Shown here piece after piece: positions 9,280-19,319 of a stretch of DNA of 64,000 nt (within the stretch, counting starts at the first letter, position 1; every line of letters starts with the position of its first letter). Below the pieces are notes generated by a model. The model ran no database searches and was not told where the DNA came from. It saw nothing but the letters and a program-made list of their open reading frames with translations. The position numbers were made by a program, and so were the translations under genes. The stretch is from an uncultured Actinomycetes bacterium (GTDB taxonomy: Bacteria > Actinomycetota > Thermoleophilia > Gaiellales > Gaiellaceae), in contig CAVPGO010000041.1 of NCBI GenBank assembly GCA_963703975.1, positions 4,681 to 68,680 on the forward strand, written 5' to 3'.

Positions 9280-9662
9280 TCCGTCGGCTCCGGCTGCTCG
9301 TGGTGCTCGGCGGGCTGGTCCTCGTCACCGGCAGCGCCTTCACGGCGCTGAACACCGTCACGGCAAGCAAGGCCGGGCAGAGCACGACGGCGGTCAGCAT
9401 CGGCCAGCTGGCACCGACCGAGTGCGCGTCCCTCACGCTGACCCGGATCCTCACCGGGTCGGGAACCATCAGCGACCCGACCGGCAACGCGAGCCTGATC
9501 CTCGGAAGCGCCGCCGCAGACACCGTCACCGCCCGCGACCTCAGCGATTGCGTGGTCGGCGGCGCGGGCAACGACACGATCAACGGCGGAGCAGGCACCG
9601 ACGTCTGCATCGGCGGCCCTGGCACCGACACCTTCACGGCCTGCGAGACCTCCTACCAGTAA
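9276..9662 (+). CDS. Small secreted protein with SipW-class-like N-terminus and RTX-like Ca-binding repeats (candidate minor/tip subunit)
   Basis: ATGA overlap with the peptidase. G-S-AFTALNTVTASKAG N-terminus; GGAGNDTIN-GGAGTDVCI-GGPGTDTF nonapeptides; four Cys. Confidence 0.75.
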   Translation: MIRRLRLLVVLGGLVLVTGSAFTALNTVTASKAGQSTTAVSIGQLAPTECASLTLTRILTGSGTISDPTGNASLILGSAAADTVTARDLSDCVVGGAGNDTINGGAGTDVCIGGPGTDTFTACETSYQ

Positions 9663-9727
9663 GGGGCCGGGTCGATCTGGCCGTGTACCAGGGGCCGGGG
9701 AAGTGTGGCGACCCCTAGGATCGATGC

Positions 9728-10591
9728 ATGCGCGTCGAGATCCTGGGCTCGGGGGGTGCGACCACGACGCCGAGGCCCGGATGCCGCTGCCGGGTCTGCG
9801 TCGAGGCCCGCGCGCGCGGCGTCCCGTACGCGCGCAGCGGCCCCAGCGTCTTCGTCCACGGCCCGAACCTCGTCTTCGACACCCCGGAGGAGGCGAAGCT
9901 CCAGCTCGACCGGCCCACGATCGGAGAGATCGCAGCCTGCTTCTACTCGCACTGGCATCCCGACCACACGATGGGGCGGCGCGCCTGGGAGACGCGCAAC
10001 GGAGACTTCCTCACCTGGCCCCGAGAGGCGAAGCGGCATCGGGTCACCGACGTCTACCTGCCCGAGCAGGTCGCCGCCGACTTCCGCGAGTATCTCGGCG
10101 CCTGGGGCCACCTCGAGTTCATGGCGCAGCGCGGGTACATCCGCGTGCATGAGCTCGCCGACGGGGAGACGGCGACGTTCGGCGCGGTCACCGTGCGGCC
10201 GTTCCGGCTCGCGGCCGACTACGTGTATGCGTTCGAGCTACAGGAGGGTGCGCAACGGCTGTTGCTGGCAATGGACGAGCTCGTCGACTGGCGCCCGCCG
10301 GCCGACCTCCGCGGCTGCGATCTCGTCGTGCTGCCGATGGGCATCTGCGAGTACGACCCGCGCACCGGTGAGAGGTTGATCCATCCGGACCATCCGATCC
10401 TCCGCTACGAGGCCACCTACGAGGAGACGCTCGCAATCGTCGACACCCTCGACGCGACCGCCGTCGTGCTGATACACGTGGAGGAGATCAGCGGCCTCTC
10501 CCACGACGACCTCCAGGAGCTCGGCCGGCGGCAGCAGGAGGAGGGGAGGCCGATCACGTTTGCATGGGACGGGCTCGCGGTCGACCTGTGA
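9728..10591 (+). CDS. MBL-fold metallo-hydrolase (PhnP-like)
   Basis: ILGSG, CRCRVC, HWHPDH motif; TAGGAT -10 lies 6 nt upstream. Confidence 0.85.
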   Translation: MRVEILGSGGATTTPRPGCRCRVCVEARARGVPYARSGPSVFVHGPNLVFDTPEEAKLQLDRPTIGEIAACFYSHWHPDHTMGRRAWETRNGDFLTWPREAKRHRVTDVYLPEQVAADFREYLGAWGHLEFMAQRGYIRVHELADGETATFGAVTVRPFRLAADYVYAFELQEGAQRLLLAMDELVDWRPPADLRGCDLVVLPMGICEYDPRTGERLIHPDHPILRYEATYEETLAIVDTLDATAVVLIHVEEISGLSHDDLQELGRRQQEEGRPITFAWDGLAVDL

Positions 10592-11610
10592 TGGGCCGCT
10601 CGGTCTTCACCGTCGACCTCGGCGCGGTGCGTCACAACGCGCGACGCCTGCTCGACACGCTGGGTGGCGCCGAGCTGTGGGCGGTGGTCAAGGCCGATGC
10701 CTATGGGCACGGCGCGGACGACGTGGGCCCCGCGGCCCTCGACGCAGGCGCAACAGCGCTGTGCGTGTCGAGCGTCGCGGAAGGGCTCGAGCTCCGGCCG
10801 ACGGTGCCGGATGCTCGCATGCTCGTGCTTGGGCCGACCGAGGACGACGAGATCGCCGCCGCGCGCGAGGCCGGTCTCGAGCTCACGGTCATGGGCGAGC
10901 GTGTGCCGGACGCGGTCCCGGTCCACGTCAAGCTCGACACGGGGATGGGCCGCTGGGGACTGTCGGAGCTCGCTGCGCCAGGCCGAAATGTCGTGGGGCT
11001 GATGACGCACTTCGCCGACGCGGACGCAGATCTGGGGTACACGGAGCTGCAGCTCGAGGCGTTCCTCGACGCGACAGCGTCGTATGCGCACCTGACGCGG
11101 CACGCTGCGAACAGCGCCGCGGCGCTGGCCCTCCCGTCGTCGCGCCTCGACGCGGCGCGCTGCGGGATTGCGCTCTACGGGATCTCACCCTTCGGAGAGG
11201 GGCCCACCGGCTGGGGGTTGCGCCCGGCGCTCCGCTGGGAGTCGCAGGTGGCGGCGGCGAAGCACCTCAGCGCCGGCCAGAGCACCGGCTACGGTCGCAG
11301 GTTCGTGGCGCGTGAGCCGACGTGGATCGCCCTCGTGCCCGTCGGCTACGCAGACGGGTTCCGGCGTGACATGACGGGTACCGACGTGCTCGTCGACGGG
11401 CACCGACGGCGCGTGGTGGGTACCGTCTCGATGGACGTGATCGCGGTGGAGGTTCCCGAGCAGGTCGAGGTAGGGGCTCCCGTGACGCTCGTCGGTGACG
11501 GCGTCGTCATCGAAGAGCACGCTCGCGTCGCGGAGACGATCGGCTACGAAGTCGCCTGCGGCCTGACCACCCGCGCGCCGCGCGCCCAGAGGCTGGTCGT
11601 CGATGGCTGA
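10591..11610 (+). CDS. alr: Alanine racemase
   Basis: AVVKADAYGHG (PLP lysine), HVKLDTGMGRWG, HAANSAA, VGYADG, GTVSMD, TIGYE. Confidence 0.95.
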   Translation: MGRSVFTVDLGAVRHNARRLLDTLGGAELWAVVKADAYGHGADDVGPAALDAGATALCVSSVAEGLELRPTVPDARMLVLGPTEDDEIAAAREAGLELTVMGERVPDAVPVHVKLDTGMGRWGLSELAAPGRNVVGLMTHFADADADLGYTELQLEAFLDATASYAHLTRHAANSAAALALPSSRLDAARCGIALYGISPFGEGPTGWGLRPALRWESQVAAAKHLSAGQSTGYGRRFVAREPTWIALVPVGYADGFRRDMTGTDVLVDGHRRRVVGTVSMDVIAVEVPEQVEVGAPVTLVGDGVVIEEHARVAETIGYEVACGLTTRAPRAQRLVVDG

Positions 11611-12298
11611 CCGGGTTTCGCTTCGGCTCGCCTTGCAGCGCGAGCGCGCCACCGATCTCGAGGCTCAGCTGGCTCGACTCCTGCCTCCGTTGCATGGGAC
11701 GGAGCGGGCGCTCGACGCGGGCTGCGGCACCGGTGCGCTCGCCTGCGCGCTCGCCTCGCGGGTGGCAGAGGTCGTCGGGGTCGACGGCGACGAAGCGTAC
11801 GTCGAGGCGGCGCGCGCCAACAGCCCGGAGAACTGCAGCTTCGTGGTGGGCGACGTGGCCGAGCTCCCGTTCGAATACGGCGCGTTCGATCTGGCGGGGT
11901 GCCTGCGCGTGCTGCATCACGTGCGCCGCCCTGAGATCGTCATCGCGGAGCTGGCACGGGTGACACGTCCCGGTGGGATCGTCCTCCTCGTCGATCAGCT
12001 GGGAGCGGTCGACCCCATGGTCTCGCTCGAGCTCGACCGCTTCGAGCGAGCGCGCGACCCGTCTCACCAGCGGCTCCTGCCGGACGCGGATATCCGCGGG
12101 TTCCTCGATGCGAACGATCTCGTCGTCGTCGCCAACGAGGTCGTGCAGGAGCAGCGCGACATGGAGCGCTATCTCGATCTCGCGGGGCTGGAAGGCGAGG
12201 AGCGCGAGCGCCTGCACCGGCTCGCCCCGGTCGGCGTCCAGGAGATCGAGGTGGGCTGGTATGTCGCGCGCAAGACCGGCGCGCAAGGAGCTTCATGA
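11603..12298 (+). CDS. Class I SAM-dependent methyltransferase
   Basis: [29 protein letters not shown]. Confidence 0.88.
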   Translation: MADRVSLRLALQRERATDLEAQLARLLPPLHGTERALDAGCGTGALACALASRVAEVVGVDGDEAYVEAARANSPENCSFVVGDVAELPFEYGAFDLAGCLRVLHHVRRPEIVIAELARVTRPGGIVLLVDQLGAVDPMVSLELDRFERARDPSHQRLLPDADIRGFLDANDLVVVANEVVQEQRDMERYLDLAGLEGEERERLHRLAPVGVQEIEVGWYVARKTGAQGAS

Positions 12299-12314
12299 TA
12301 CCCTAGAGGGGTAT
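12298..12314. promoter_or_regulatory. CsoR operator overlapping a TACCCT -10 element
   Basis: ATACCC-TAGAG-GGGTAT C/G-tract pseudo-palindrome immediately before copZ'-copA-csoR. Confidence 0.8.
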
Positions 12315-12396
12315 GCAAGAGGTCGTGTACCCGGCGCCCGCCATGTCCTGCGCGCACTGCCGGGCGACCCTCGAGGCCGGCTGCGAGGCGGCGTAG
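12313..12396 (+). pseudogene. copZ: Internally deleted copper chaperone CopZ (27 aa)
   Basis: [27 protein letters not shown]: MxCxxC motif joined directly to a C-terminal EAGYE-like motif. Too short for the ORF track. Confidence 0.7.
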
Positions 12397-12398
12397 CA

Positions 12399-14570
12399 GT
12401 GGCCGTCGCCGCGCCGACCCGTGAGCGTGTCGCGCTCGACATCGAAGGCATGACCTGCGCCTCGTGCGCGACGCGCATCGAGCGACGGCTCAACCGGCTC
12501 GGCGGGGTCGAGGCGACCGTGAACTTCGGCACGGAGGCGGCGGCGGTCAGCTACGACCCGCAGCAGGTCGGGCTCCCCCAGCTGCTCCACGAGGTCGAAG
12601 CGGCCGGCTATCACGCCTCCCTGCCCGGCTACACGCGGGACCAGGACACGGTGGACAGCCTCGCCGGTTTGCGCCACCGGCTCGTCGTCGCAGCGCTGCT
12701 GACCCTCCCGGTCGCGGTGCTCGCGATGGTCGAGCCGCTCCGCTTCGACGGCTGGGAGTGGCTCGGGCTCGCCCTGTCCGCCCCTGTCGTGCTCTGGGCC
12801 GGCTGGCCCTTCCACGAGGCGACGGTGCGGAACCTGCGCCACGGTGCCGTGACGATGGACACGCTGGTCTCCGTCGGGACGCTGACGGCGCTCGGCTGGT
12901 CGGCGGCGGTTCTGATCGGCGGGCTGGACGCGGATACGTTCTTCGAGGTCGGCGCCGTGATCACGACCCTGGTGCTCCTCGGGCGCTACCTCGAGGGGCG
13001 CGCGAAGCGGAGGTCGGGCGAGGCGTTGCGTGCTCTCGCCGGGCTGGGCGCTCGCGAGGCCTGGGTGCTGCGCGACGGCGTCGAGGTGCCGGTGCCGGTG
13101 CAGGCGCTGGTCGTCGGCGACCTCTTCGTCGTGCGTCCCGGCGAGAAGGTGGCTACCGACGGCGTCGTCGTCGAAGGCGAATCGGCGGTCGACATGTCGA
13201 TGCTGACGGGCGAGCCGGTCCCCGTCGAGGTGAGCCCGGGAGCCGAGCTCGCCGGCGCGACCGTGAACACCTACGGGCGCCTTGCGGTCCGTGCGACGCG
13301 CGTGGGCTCGGATACCGTGCTGGCCCAGATCGCCCGGCTCGTGTCAGAGGCACAGGCGGGCAAGGCACCGGTGCAGCGTCTCGTCGACAGGGTGTCGGCG
13401 GTGTTCGTCCCCGTCGTGCTGGCCGTGGCGGCGGCGACGGCCACCGGGTGGCTGCTCGCGGGAGGCTCGGCGGCAGAGGCGTTCTCCGCCGCCGTCGCCG
13501 TGCTCATCATTGCCTGTCCGTGTGCGCTCGGGCTGGCCACGCCGACCGCGATCATGGTCGGCACCGGACGGGGTGCGCAGCTCGGCGTGCTGATCCGCGG
13601 CCCCGAGGTTCTGGAGCGGACGCGGAGGATCTCGGCGATCGCGCTCGACAAGACCGGCACGATCACCGAGGGCCGCATGCAGGTGACGGAGCTCGTGCCG
13701 GCCCGCGGGGTCGACCCCGACGAGCTGCTTCGGCTTGCCGGCGCGGCCGAAGCGGCGAGCGAGCACCCCGTGGCGCGCGCGGTGGCAGCGCACGCGGCGG
13801 CGGAGGTCGGGCCGCTTCCTCCGGCCGAGGCGTTCACGGCTCGGCCAGGCTCAGGTGTGGAGGCACGCGTGGACGGGAAGCGCGTCGTCGTGGCGAGCCT
13901 CGAGCGGATGCGGGAGCGCGGGCTCGAGCTGCCGCCAGAGCTCGCACGCGCGGAGGAGGCGTCGGACGGCGGCACGGTGGCCGCGGTTGCATGGGACGGC
14001 GCGATCCGCGGCCTCGTCGTGCTCACCGATCACGTCAAGCCGACCTCGAGACGAGCCGTCGCCGAGTTGCGCGCGCTGGGACTGCGACCCGTCCTGCTGA
14101 CAGGCGACAACGAAGCGGCGGCCGTCGCGGTCGCCCGCGAGGTCGGGATCGACATGGTGCGGGCGGGTGTCCTCCCCGGAGGGAAGAGCGCGGAAATCGC
14201 GGCGCTGCAGGCGATGGGGGAGGTCGTGGCGATGGTCGGCGACGGGGTGAACGACGCGCCGGCATTGGCTCAGGCAGATCTCGGCGTCGCACTCGGCACC
14301 GGCACGGACGTCGCCATCGAGGCGGCGGACCTGACCGTCGTCTCGGGCGACCTGCTCGGCGCGGTCGACGCCATCCGGCTGTCGCGGCGGACGCTCCGGA
14401 CAATCGAGGGGAACCTCTTCTGGGCCTTCGCCTACAACGTGGCGGCGATCCCGCTCGCCGCCGCCGGCGTGCTGAGCCCGATGATCGCGGCCGGCGCGAT
14501 GGCCTTCTCCAGTGTGTTCGTGGTCACGAACTCCCTCCGGCTGCGCCGGTTCGGGAGCGTGCGCCCGTGA
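12399..14570 (+). CDS. copA: Cu(I)-translocating P1B-type ATPase
   Basis: GMTCASC HMA domain, [43 protein letters not shown]. Confidence 0.95.
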   Translation: MAVAAPTRERVALDIEGMTCASCATRIERRLNRLGGVEATVNFGTEAAAVSYDPQQVGLPQLLHEVEAAGYHASLPGYTRDQDTVDSLAGLRHRLVVAALLTLPVAVLAMVEPLRFDGWEWLGLALSAPVVLWAGWPFHEATVRNLRHGAVTMDTLVSVGTLTALGWSAAVLIGGLDADTFFEVGAVITTLVLLGRYLEGRAKRRSGEALRALAGLGAREAWVLRDGVEVPVPVQALVVGDLFVVRPGEKVATDGVVVEGESAVDMSMLTGEPVPVEVSPGAELAGATVNTYGRLAVRATRVGSDTVLAQIARLVSEAQAGKAPVQRLVDRVSAVFVPVVLAVAAATATGWLLAGGSAAEAFSAAVAVLIIACPCALGLATPTAIMVGTGRGAQLGVLIRGPEVLERTRRISAIALDKTGTITEGRMQVTELVPARGVDPDELLRLAGAAEAASEHPVARAVAAHAAAEVGPLPPAEAFTARPGSGVEARVDGKRVVVASLERMRERGLELPPELARAEEASDGGTVAAVAWDGAIRGLVVLTDHVKPTSRRAVAELRALGLRPVLLTGDNEAAAVAVAREVGIDMVRAGVLPGGKSAEIAALQAMGEVVAMVGDGVNDAPALAQADLGVALGTGTDVAIEAADLTVVSGDLLGAVDAIRLSRRTLRTIEGNLFWAFAYNVAAIPLAAAGVLSPMIAAGAMAFSSVFVVTNSLRLRRFGSVRP

Positions 14571-14857
14571 GCCACGGGTATGCAGCCGACCGGAAGCGTC
14601 TGCTGAACCGCCTGCGGCGCATCGAGGGCCAGGTGCGCGGGATCGAGAGGATGGTCGAGGACGACCGCTACTGCATCGACATTCTCACGCAGGTCGGGGC
14701 CGCCATCACCGCACTCGAGTCGGTCGGCCTCAAGGTGCTGGAGGAGCACACGCGGCACTGCGTCGCGGGCGCGCTGGCCTCCGGTGACGAAGACGAGGCG
14801 CGGGCGAAGACCGAGGAGCTGATCGCCGCCGTCGAGCGGTTCTCGAAGGCGCGCTGA
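14567..14857 (+). CDS. csoR: Copper-sensing repressor CsoR
   Basis: [25 protein letters not shown]. Confidence 0.93.
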   Translation: MSHGYAADRKRLLNRLRRIEGQVRGIERMVEDDRYCIDILTQVGAAITALESVGLKVLEEHTRHCVAGALASGDEDEARAKTEELIAAVERFSKAR

Positions 14858-14858
14858 G

Positions 14859-15302
14859 TCAGACGGCATCGAGGCCGTAGCGCGTGTACGACCACGGCCA
14901 GTCCTCGATCCGGTCACAGAGACCTGCCTTGACCGGGTTCGAGAGGACGTAGGCGCAGGCGTCGTAGAGGTACTCCTCGCTCTCGATTGCACGCGCGTCG
15001 AACCGTTCCGCGAACAGGCTGCCGAAGCGGTCGTGGCGGCGGTTGAACCGCAGCGCGTACCCGGCGTGCAGGCGTTGCATGCCGCGCGAGAGATCCGCAC
15101 AGGCGGCCTCGACGACCGCGTGGTAGTGCGTCGTCATCAGGCAGACGGCATGAAGGGTGAGCCGGTGCAACTCGGACGCCTTCCCCAGGAGGCCGACGAA
15201 CAGGCGGCGGTCGTCGTCGTCGACGAACAGCGCAAGCTCTGGGATGCCGCGGGCGACGACGTGGAAGTACCCGTCCGGCAGCGCTGCGCGGTGGTTCGAC
15301 AC
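14859..15302 (-). mobile_element. REP-associated tyrosine transposase (RAYT, HUH/Y1 family)
   Basis: FHVVARG, CLMTTHYH (HUH), FAERF, YVLSNPVKAGL, WPWS; TACGCT -10 lies 6 nt before the GTG. Confidence 0.85.
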
Positions 15303-15436
15303 GCCTCGAGCGTAGGGCGCACCGACCGTCGCCGCATCGTCCTGTGGACACATTGGCACACTCTTGGCACAGGTTCAGGCTCAGAGCTTGTTCGTCCCCC
15401 GCTGCGGCCCCGTCCGCCGCTCGGGCCACGTCCGGC

Positions 15437-16252
15437 TCAGACCTGCTGTTCGCCGCGGTGGTAGGTGAAGCGGGCGGCGAGTCGCGCCACGGGCGTCGGG
15501 AAGAGCGTCTGCATGATCGTGACGAGCCGGTACGGGAACCAGGGGACGACCACCTCTGCCTTGTTGCGCTCGACCGCCTTCAGAATCGCCCCGGCAACGG
15601 TGTCGGTGTCCGTCACGAAGCGGCGGAGGAGACGGCTCTTCACCACCGCGTGCTGCGGGAAGCTCTCCGTTTCGAGGAACCCGGGGAGAACGGCGTGGCT
15701 GCCGATGCCGCGCCGGCGCAGAGCAGCGCCAGAGGAGCGCGAGAAGGCGAGTTGCGCATGCTTCGCGGCTGCATAAGGGCCGGCCGGGGCGAACGCGACC
15801 GTTCCGGCCACCGAGACGAGGTTCACGACGTCCGCCTGCTCCCCCGCGGCCACGGCAGCCTCCAGCCCGGGCAGGAGCGCTCGCGTGCACCACACGCCGC
15901 CGAGGTAGTTGACGCGGATCACGAGCTCGACGCGCTCGGGGTCGATGGTGAGGAAGGACCCGCGGGCCGGGATGCCGGCGTTGTTGACGAGCAGGTGAAT
16001 CCGGGGGTGTCGATCGAGAATGCGAGCAGCTGCAGCCTCCACTGCCCCGCGGTCGGCCACGTCACACACCTCGACCTCCCCGCCGACCTCGGTAGCGATC
16101 TCGCGCAAACGCTCCTCGCGCCGGGCGACCAGGACGCAGAGCCAGCCGCGCGACGAGAGCAGCCGTACCGTCGCCTCGCCGATTCCCGACGACGCCCCCG
16201 TGACCACGGCGACGCGGACGTGGCTGGATTCGGGTGCGGTCGGCACGCTCAT
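15437..16252 (-). CDS. SDR family oxidoreductase
   Basis: TGASSGIG, LVNNAG, YAAAK. Confidence 0.88.
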   Translation of the reverse strand: MSVPTAPESSHVRVAVVTGASSGIGEATVRLLSSRGWLCVLVARREERLREIATEVGGEVEVCDVADRGAVEAAAARILDRHPRIHLLVNNAGIPARGSFLTIDPERVELVIRVNYLGGVWCTRALLPGLEAAVAAGEQADVVNLVSVAGTVAFAPAGPYAAAKHAQLAFSRSSGAALRRRGIGSHAVLPGFLETESFPQHAVVKSRLLRRFVTDTDTVAGAILKAVERNKAEVVVPWFPYRLVTIMQTLFPTPVARLAARFTYHRGEQQV

Positions 16253-16264
16253 GGGCGGCCACAT

Positions 16265-16293
16265 TAGTGCAACCCGGGAGACGGGTTGCACTA
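16265..16293. promoter_or_regulatory. Perfect 12-bp inverted repeat between the divergent SDR and fabI; each arm runs into a -10 element
   Basis: TAGTGCAACCCG-GGAGA-CGGGTTGCACTA. TAGGAT (+) precedes fabI and TAATGT (-) precedes the SDR. Confidence 0.65.
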
Positions 16294-16303
16294 GGATCGC
16301 CCC

Positions 16304-17083
16304 GTGGCCGGGAGGTTCGAGGGTAAGCAGGTGCTCGTGCTGGGTGTCGCCAACAAGCGCTCCATCGCGTGGGCGATCGCGCAGCGACTGCACGAGGAGG
16401 GCGCCGAGCTGGCGTTCACCTTTCAGGGCGAACGGATCGAGAAGGGCGTGCGTGAGCTGGCAGAGTCGGTCGGCGGCCACGTCGTCGGCGAGTGCGACGT
16501 GCGTTCCGACGACGACATCGATCGCGTCTTCGCCGCCACTGCCGACGCGTTCGGCGGCGGGCTCGACTGTCTCGTCCACTCGGTCGCGTTCGCGGCGGCG
16601 GAGGACCTCGAAGGTCGCTTCACGGACACGCCCCGCGACCGCTTCTGGATGGCGGTGGACATCAGCGCCTACTCCCTCGTCGCCGCCGCGAAGCGCGCCG
16701 AGCCTCTGATGCAGGCGCGAGGCGGCGGTTCGGTCCTGACCATGACCTACCTCGGCGGCGAGCGGGCCGTCCCCCACTACAACGTGATGGGAGTGGCGAA
16801 GGCGACGCTCGACGCGTCGGTGCGCTACCTCGCCTGGGATCTCGGGCCGTCGAACATCCGCATCAACGCCATCTCCGCCGGGCCGGTGCGAACACTCGCC
16901 GCGCGCTCGATCGCGGGCTTTACGACGATGGAGGAGATGTTCGAGCAGCGCGCCCCGCTCCACCGGCACATGGAGGCCGGCGACTGCGGCGCCGCGGCGG
17001 CGTATCTCCTCTCCGCGGACGGCCGCAACGTGACCGGCACGACGCTCTACGTCGACGCCGGCTACCACGCGATGGGCATGTAG
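16304..17083 (+). CDS. fabI: Enoyl-ACP reductase
   Basis: GVANKRSIAW, VHSVAFA, ISAYSL, YNVMGVAK, NAISAGPVRTLAA. Confidence 0.95.
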   Translation: MAGRFEGKQVLVLGVANKRSIAWAIAQRLHEEGAELAFTFQGERIEKGVRELAESVGGHVVGECDVRSDDDIDRVFAATADAFGGGLDCLVHSVAFAAAEDLEGRFTDTPRDRFWMAVDISAYSLVAAAKRAEPLMQARGGGSVLTMTYLGGERAVPHYNVMGVAKATLDASVRYLAWDLGPSNIRINAISAGPVRTLAARSIAGFTTMEEMFEQRAPLHRHMEAGDCGAAAAYLLSADGRNVTGTTLYVDAGYHAMGM

Positions 17084-17130
17084 CCCACGCTCTCTCGCAG
17101 GTCTCCTGACAGGCTCGGGGGTGTGGAAGG

Positions 17131-17622
17131 ATGGCACTCGTGACGATGAGTGGCCGCCCCGGGGAGCAGGACGGCGGCGGCGAGCCGCGGATCAGCTACG
17201 TCATCGCGCGACTGGACCGCGCCATCCGCGCAGCGATCGGCGAGCGGGTCGGGCCCAGCGGGCTGACGACGTCGCAATACACGACGCTGAGCATCCTCGG
17301 ACGTCGCGGCGGGCTCTCGAACGCGCAACTCGCTCGCCGCGCCTACATCACGCCACAGTCGATGAGCGAGGTGATCGAGGCCCTCGAGAGCAAGGGGTTG
17401 ATCGAGCGGAGCCCTCACCCGAGCCACGGTCGCGTCCTGCAGGCCGTACTCACCCGGAGGGGCCGCCGTGTGCTCGCCTCCTGCGACCGTGCTGTCGACG
17501 ACCTGGAGGAAGAGATGCTGCGGGGCTTCTCCGAGGCAGCGCGTGCGCGGTTCACAGACAGCCTCACCGCGGCCGTGCGGGCTCTGAACGCTGGTCTGCC
17601 CCCGACCGATAGTATCAGGTAA
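17131..17622 (+). CDS. MarR-family regulator (CouR/PhdR-like)
   Basis: LSNAQLARR..ITPQSM..LESKGLIER winged HTH; precedes a cou-like operon. Confidence 0.85.
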   Translation: MALVTMSGRPGEQDGGGEPRISYVIARLDRAIRAAIGERVGPSGLTTSQYTTLSILGRRGGLSNAQLARRAYITPQSMSEVIEALESKGLIERSPHPSHGRVLQAVLTRRGRRVLASCDRAVDDLEEEMLRGFSEAARARFTDSLTAAVRALNAGLPPTDSIR

Positions 17623-17628
17623 CCTGAT
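17614..17628. promoter_or_regulatory. Putative MarR operator (weaker copy at 17097-17110)
   Basis: ATCAGGT-A-ACCTGAT perfect palindrome before the SDR; GCAGGTCTCCTGAC before marR. Confidence 0.65.
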
Positions 17629-17643
17629 TACAAGGACGAGAGG

Positions 17644-18480
17644 ATGGCGCTGATGGGAGTGCTCGAGGGCAAGGCGGCAATCGTGACCGGGTCGGCTCGC
17701 GGGATCGGCCGCGCGACGGCGGAGCTGCTCGCCGCCCACGGCGCGATGGTTCAGATCTCGGATGTGGACGTCGGGCTCGCCGAGAGCACCGCGTCCGAGA
17801 TCGGCGGCCAGACGGCGGTCTTCGTCGGCGACCTGACGAGCGACGGCGTGCCGCAGGCTCTCGTGCAAGCGGCGGTCGATGCCTTCGGGCGGCTCGACAT
17901 CGTCGTCAACAACGCCGGCTATACGTGGGACGGGATGGCACACAAGATGAGCGACGAGCAGTTCCGCGCCATGCTCGAGATCCACACGGTCGTTCCGTTC
18001 CAGGTGCTGCGCGCATCGGCGCCGTATCTGCGGGACGCCGGCAAGCAAGACAAGGAGGAGGGCCGGGAGGTCTTCCGCAAGGTCGTGAACGTCACGTCCA
18101 TCTCCGGCACCCAGGGCAACCTCGGCCAGGCGAACTACTCCAGCGCGAAGGCGGGGCTCGTCGGCCTCACGAAGACAATGGCGCGCGAGTGGGGGCCGTT
18201 CAAGGTGAACGTCAACGCGGTCGCCTTCGGCTTCGTCGAGACGCGCCTGACGGCCGCGCCGGAGGAGGCGGGAACGATCGAGCGCGACGGGCAGCAGATC
18301 AAGCTCGGCATTCCTCAGCAGATGCGCGACCTGGCCGCGACGGTCATCCCGCTCGGCCGTCCGGCCACCACCGAGGACGCGGCCGGGCCGATCTTCTTCC
18401 TCTGCTCGCCCTGGTCGAACTTCGTGCACGGCCAGGTCCTCACCGCGAGCGGCGGTCAGATGACCGGGATGACGTCGTGA
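17644..18480 (+). CDS. SDR 3-hydroxyacyl-CoA dehydrogenase (CouN/PhdB-like)
   Basis: TGSARGIG, VNNAG, GQANYSSAK; operon context. Confidence 0.8.
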   Translation: MALMGVLEGKAAIVTGSARGIGRATAELLAAHGAMVQISDVDVGLAESTASEIGGQTAVFVGDLTSDGVPQALVQAAVDAFGRLDIVVNNAGYTWDGMAHKMSDEQFRAMLEIHTVVPFQVLRASAPYLRDAGKQDKEEGREVFRKVVNVTSISGTQGNLGQANYSSAKAGLVGLTKTMAREWGPFKVNVNAVAFGFVETRLTAAPEEAGTIERDGQQIKLGIPQQMRDLAATVIPLGRPATTEDAAGPIFFLCSPWSNFVHGQVLTASGGQMTGMTS

Positions 18481-19319
18481 CCTCGGCGTCCGGTGAGCTC
18501 GATGTCGCCGCACTCGGGCGCTCTGCCGAGGAGAACCGCTACGTCGTGACGGCGGCTGCCATCCGCGCCTACGCGGAAGCCACGGACGAGACCGCGCCCG
18601 CCGCGCTCGCGGGCCGTGTGGCGCCGCCGGTGTTCGCGATCGTCCCCCTCTGGGACACGGTCCCGCCCGCCTCCCGCACCGTTGCCTCCGAGGCCGCGCG
18701 GCGCCGCGTCGTCCACTACGAGCAGGACATCGTCCTCCACCGGCCGATCGAAGCGGGCTTGACGCTCGTCTCGCGCGCCACGCCGGTCGCCCTGCTGCCG
18801 CGGCCGAACGGTACGTCGCTGGTCATCCGGGCCGAGACCTTCGAGGAGGGCGGTACGCTCATCGCGGAGCACTACGTGACCGAGTTCTTCCGCGGCATCG
18901 AGGCGGCCGCAGGCCGCGGTGAGCGCGCGCCCGACCACCGGCTCGAGGTGGAGGGCGACCCGCTCGCGGAGATCTCGTACCCGGTGGCGAGTGACCAGAC
19001 GATCCGGTACGCCAAGGCCTCCGGCGACGACTTCGCGATCCATCTGGACGACGAATTCGCGCGCTCGGTCGGGCTTCCCGGGAGGATCGTGCACGGCCTC
19101 TGCACGATGGCGTTCACCGGTCGCGCGGTGCTCGAGGCGGCCGGGATCGACGACCCGGGGGCCGTTCGGCGGCTGGCGGTGCGGTTCTCGGCGCCGCTCT
19201 TCCCGGGGGACACGCTGACGACCCGGATCTGGCGGCTCCGCGACGGCGTCTACGGCTTCGAGGCCGCCGGCAGTGATGGCGCAGCCGTGATCAAGGACGG
19301 CCGCGCGGAGCTCCGGTGA
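18477..19319 (+). CDS. MaoC-type (double hot-dog) enoyl-CoA hydratase
   Basis: YAKASGDDFAIHLD...HGLCTM, VRFSAPLFPGD. Confidence 0.85.
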   Translation: MTSASGELDVAALGRSAEENRYVVTAAAIRAYAEATDETAPAALAGRVAPPVFAIVPLWDTVPPASRTVASEAARRRVVHYEQDIVLHRPIEAGLTLVSRATPVALLPRPNGTSLVIRAETFEEGGTLIAEHYVTEFFRGIEAAAGRGERAPDHRLEVEGDPLAEISYPVASDQTIRYAKASGDDFAIHLDDEFARSVGLPGRIVHGLCTMAFTGRAVLEAAGIDDPGAVRRLAVRFSAPLFPGDTLTTRIWRLRDGVYGFEAAGSDGAAVIKDGRAELR

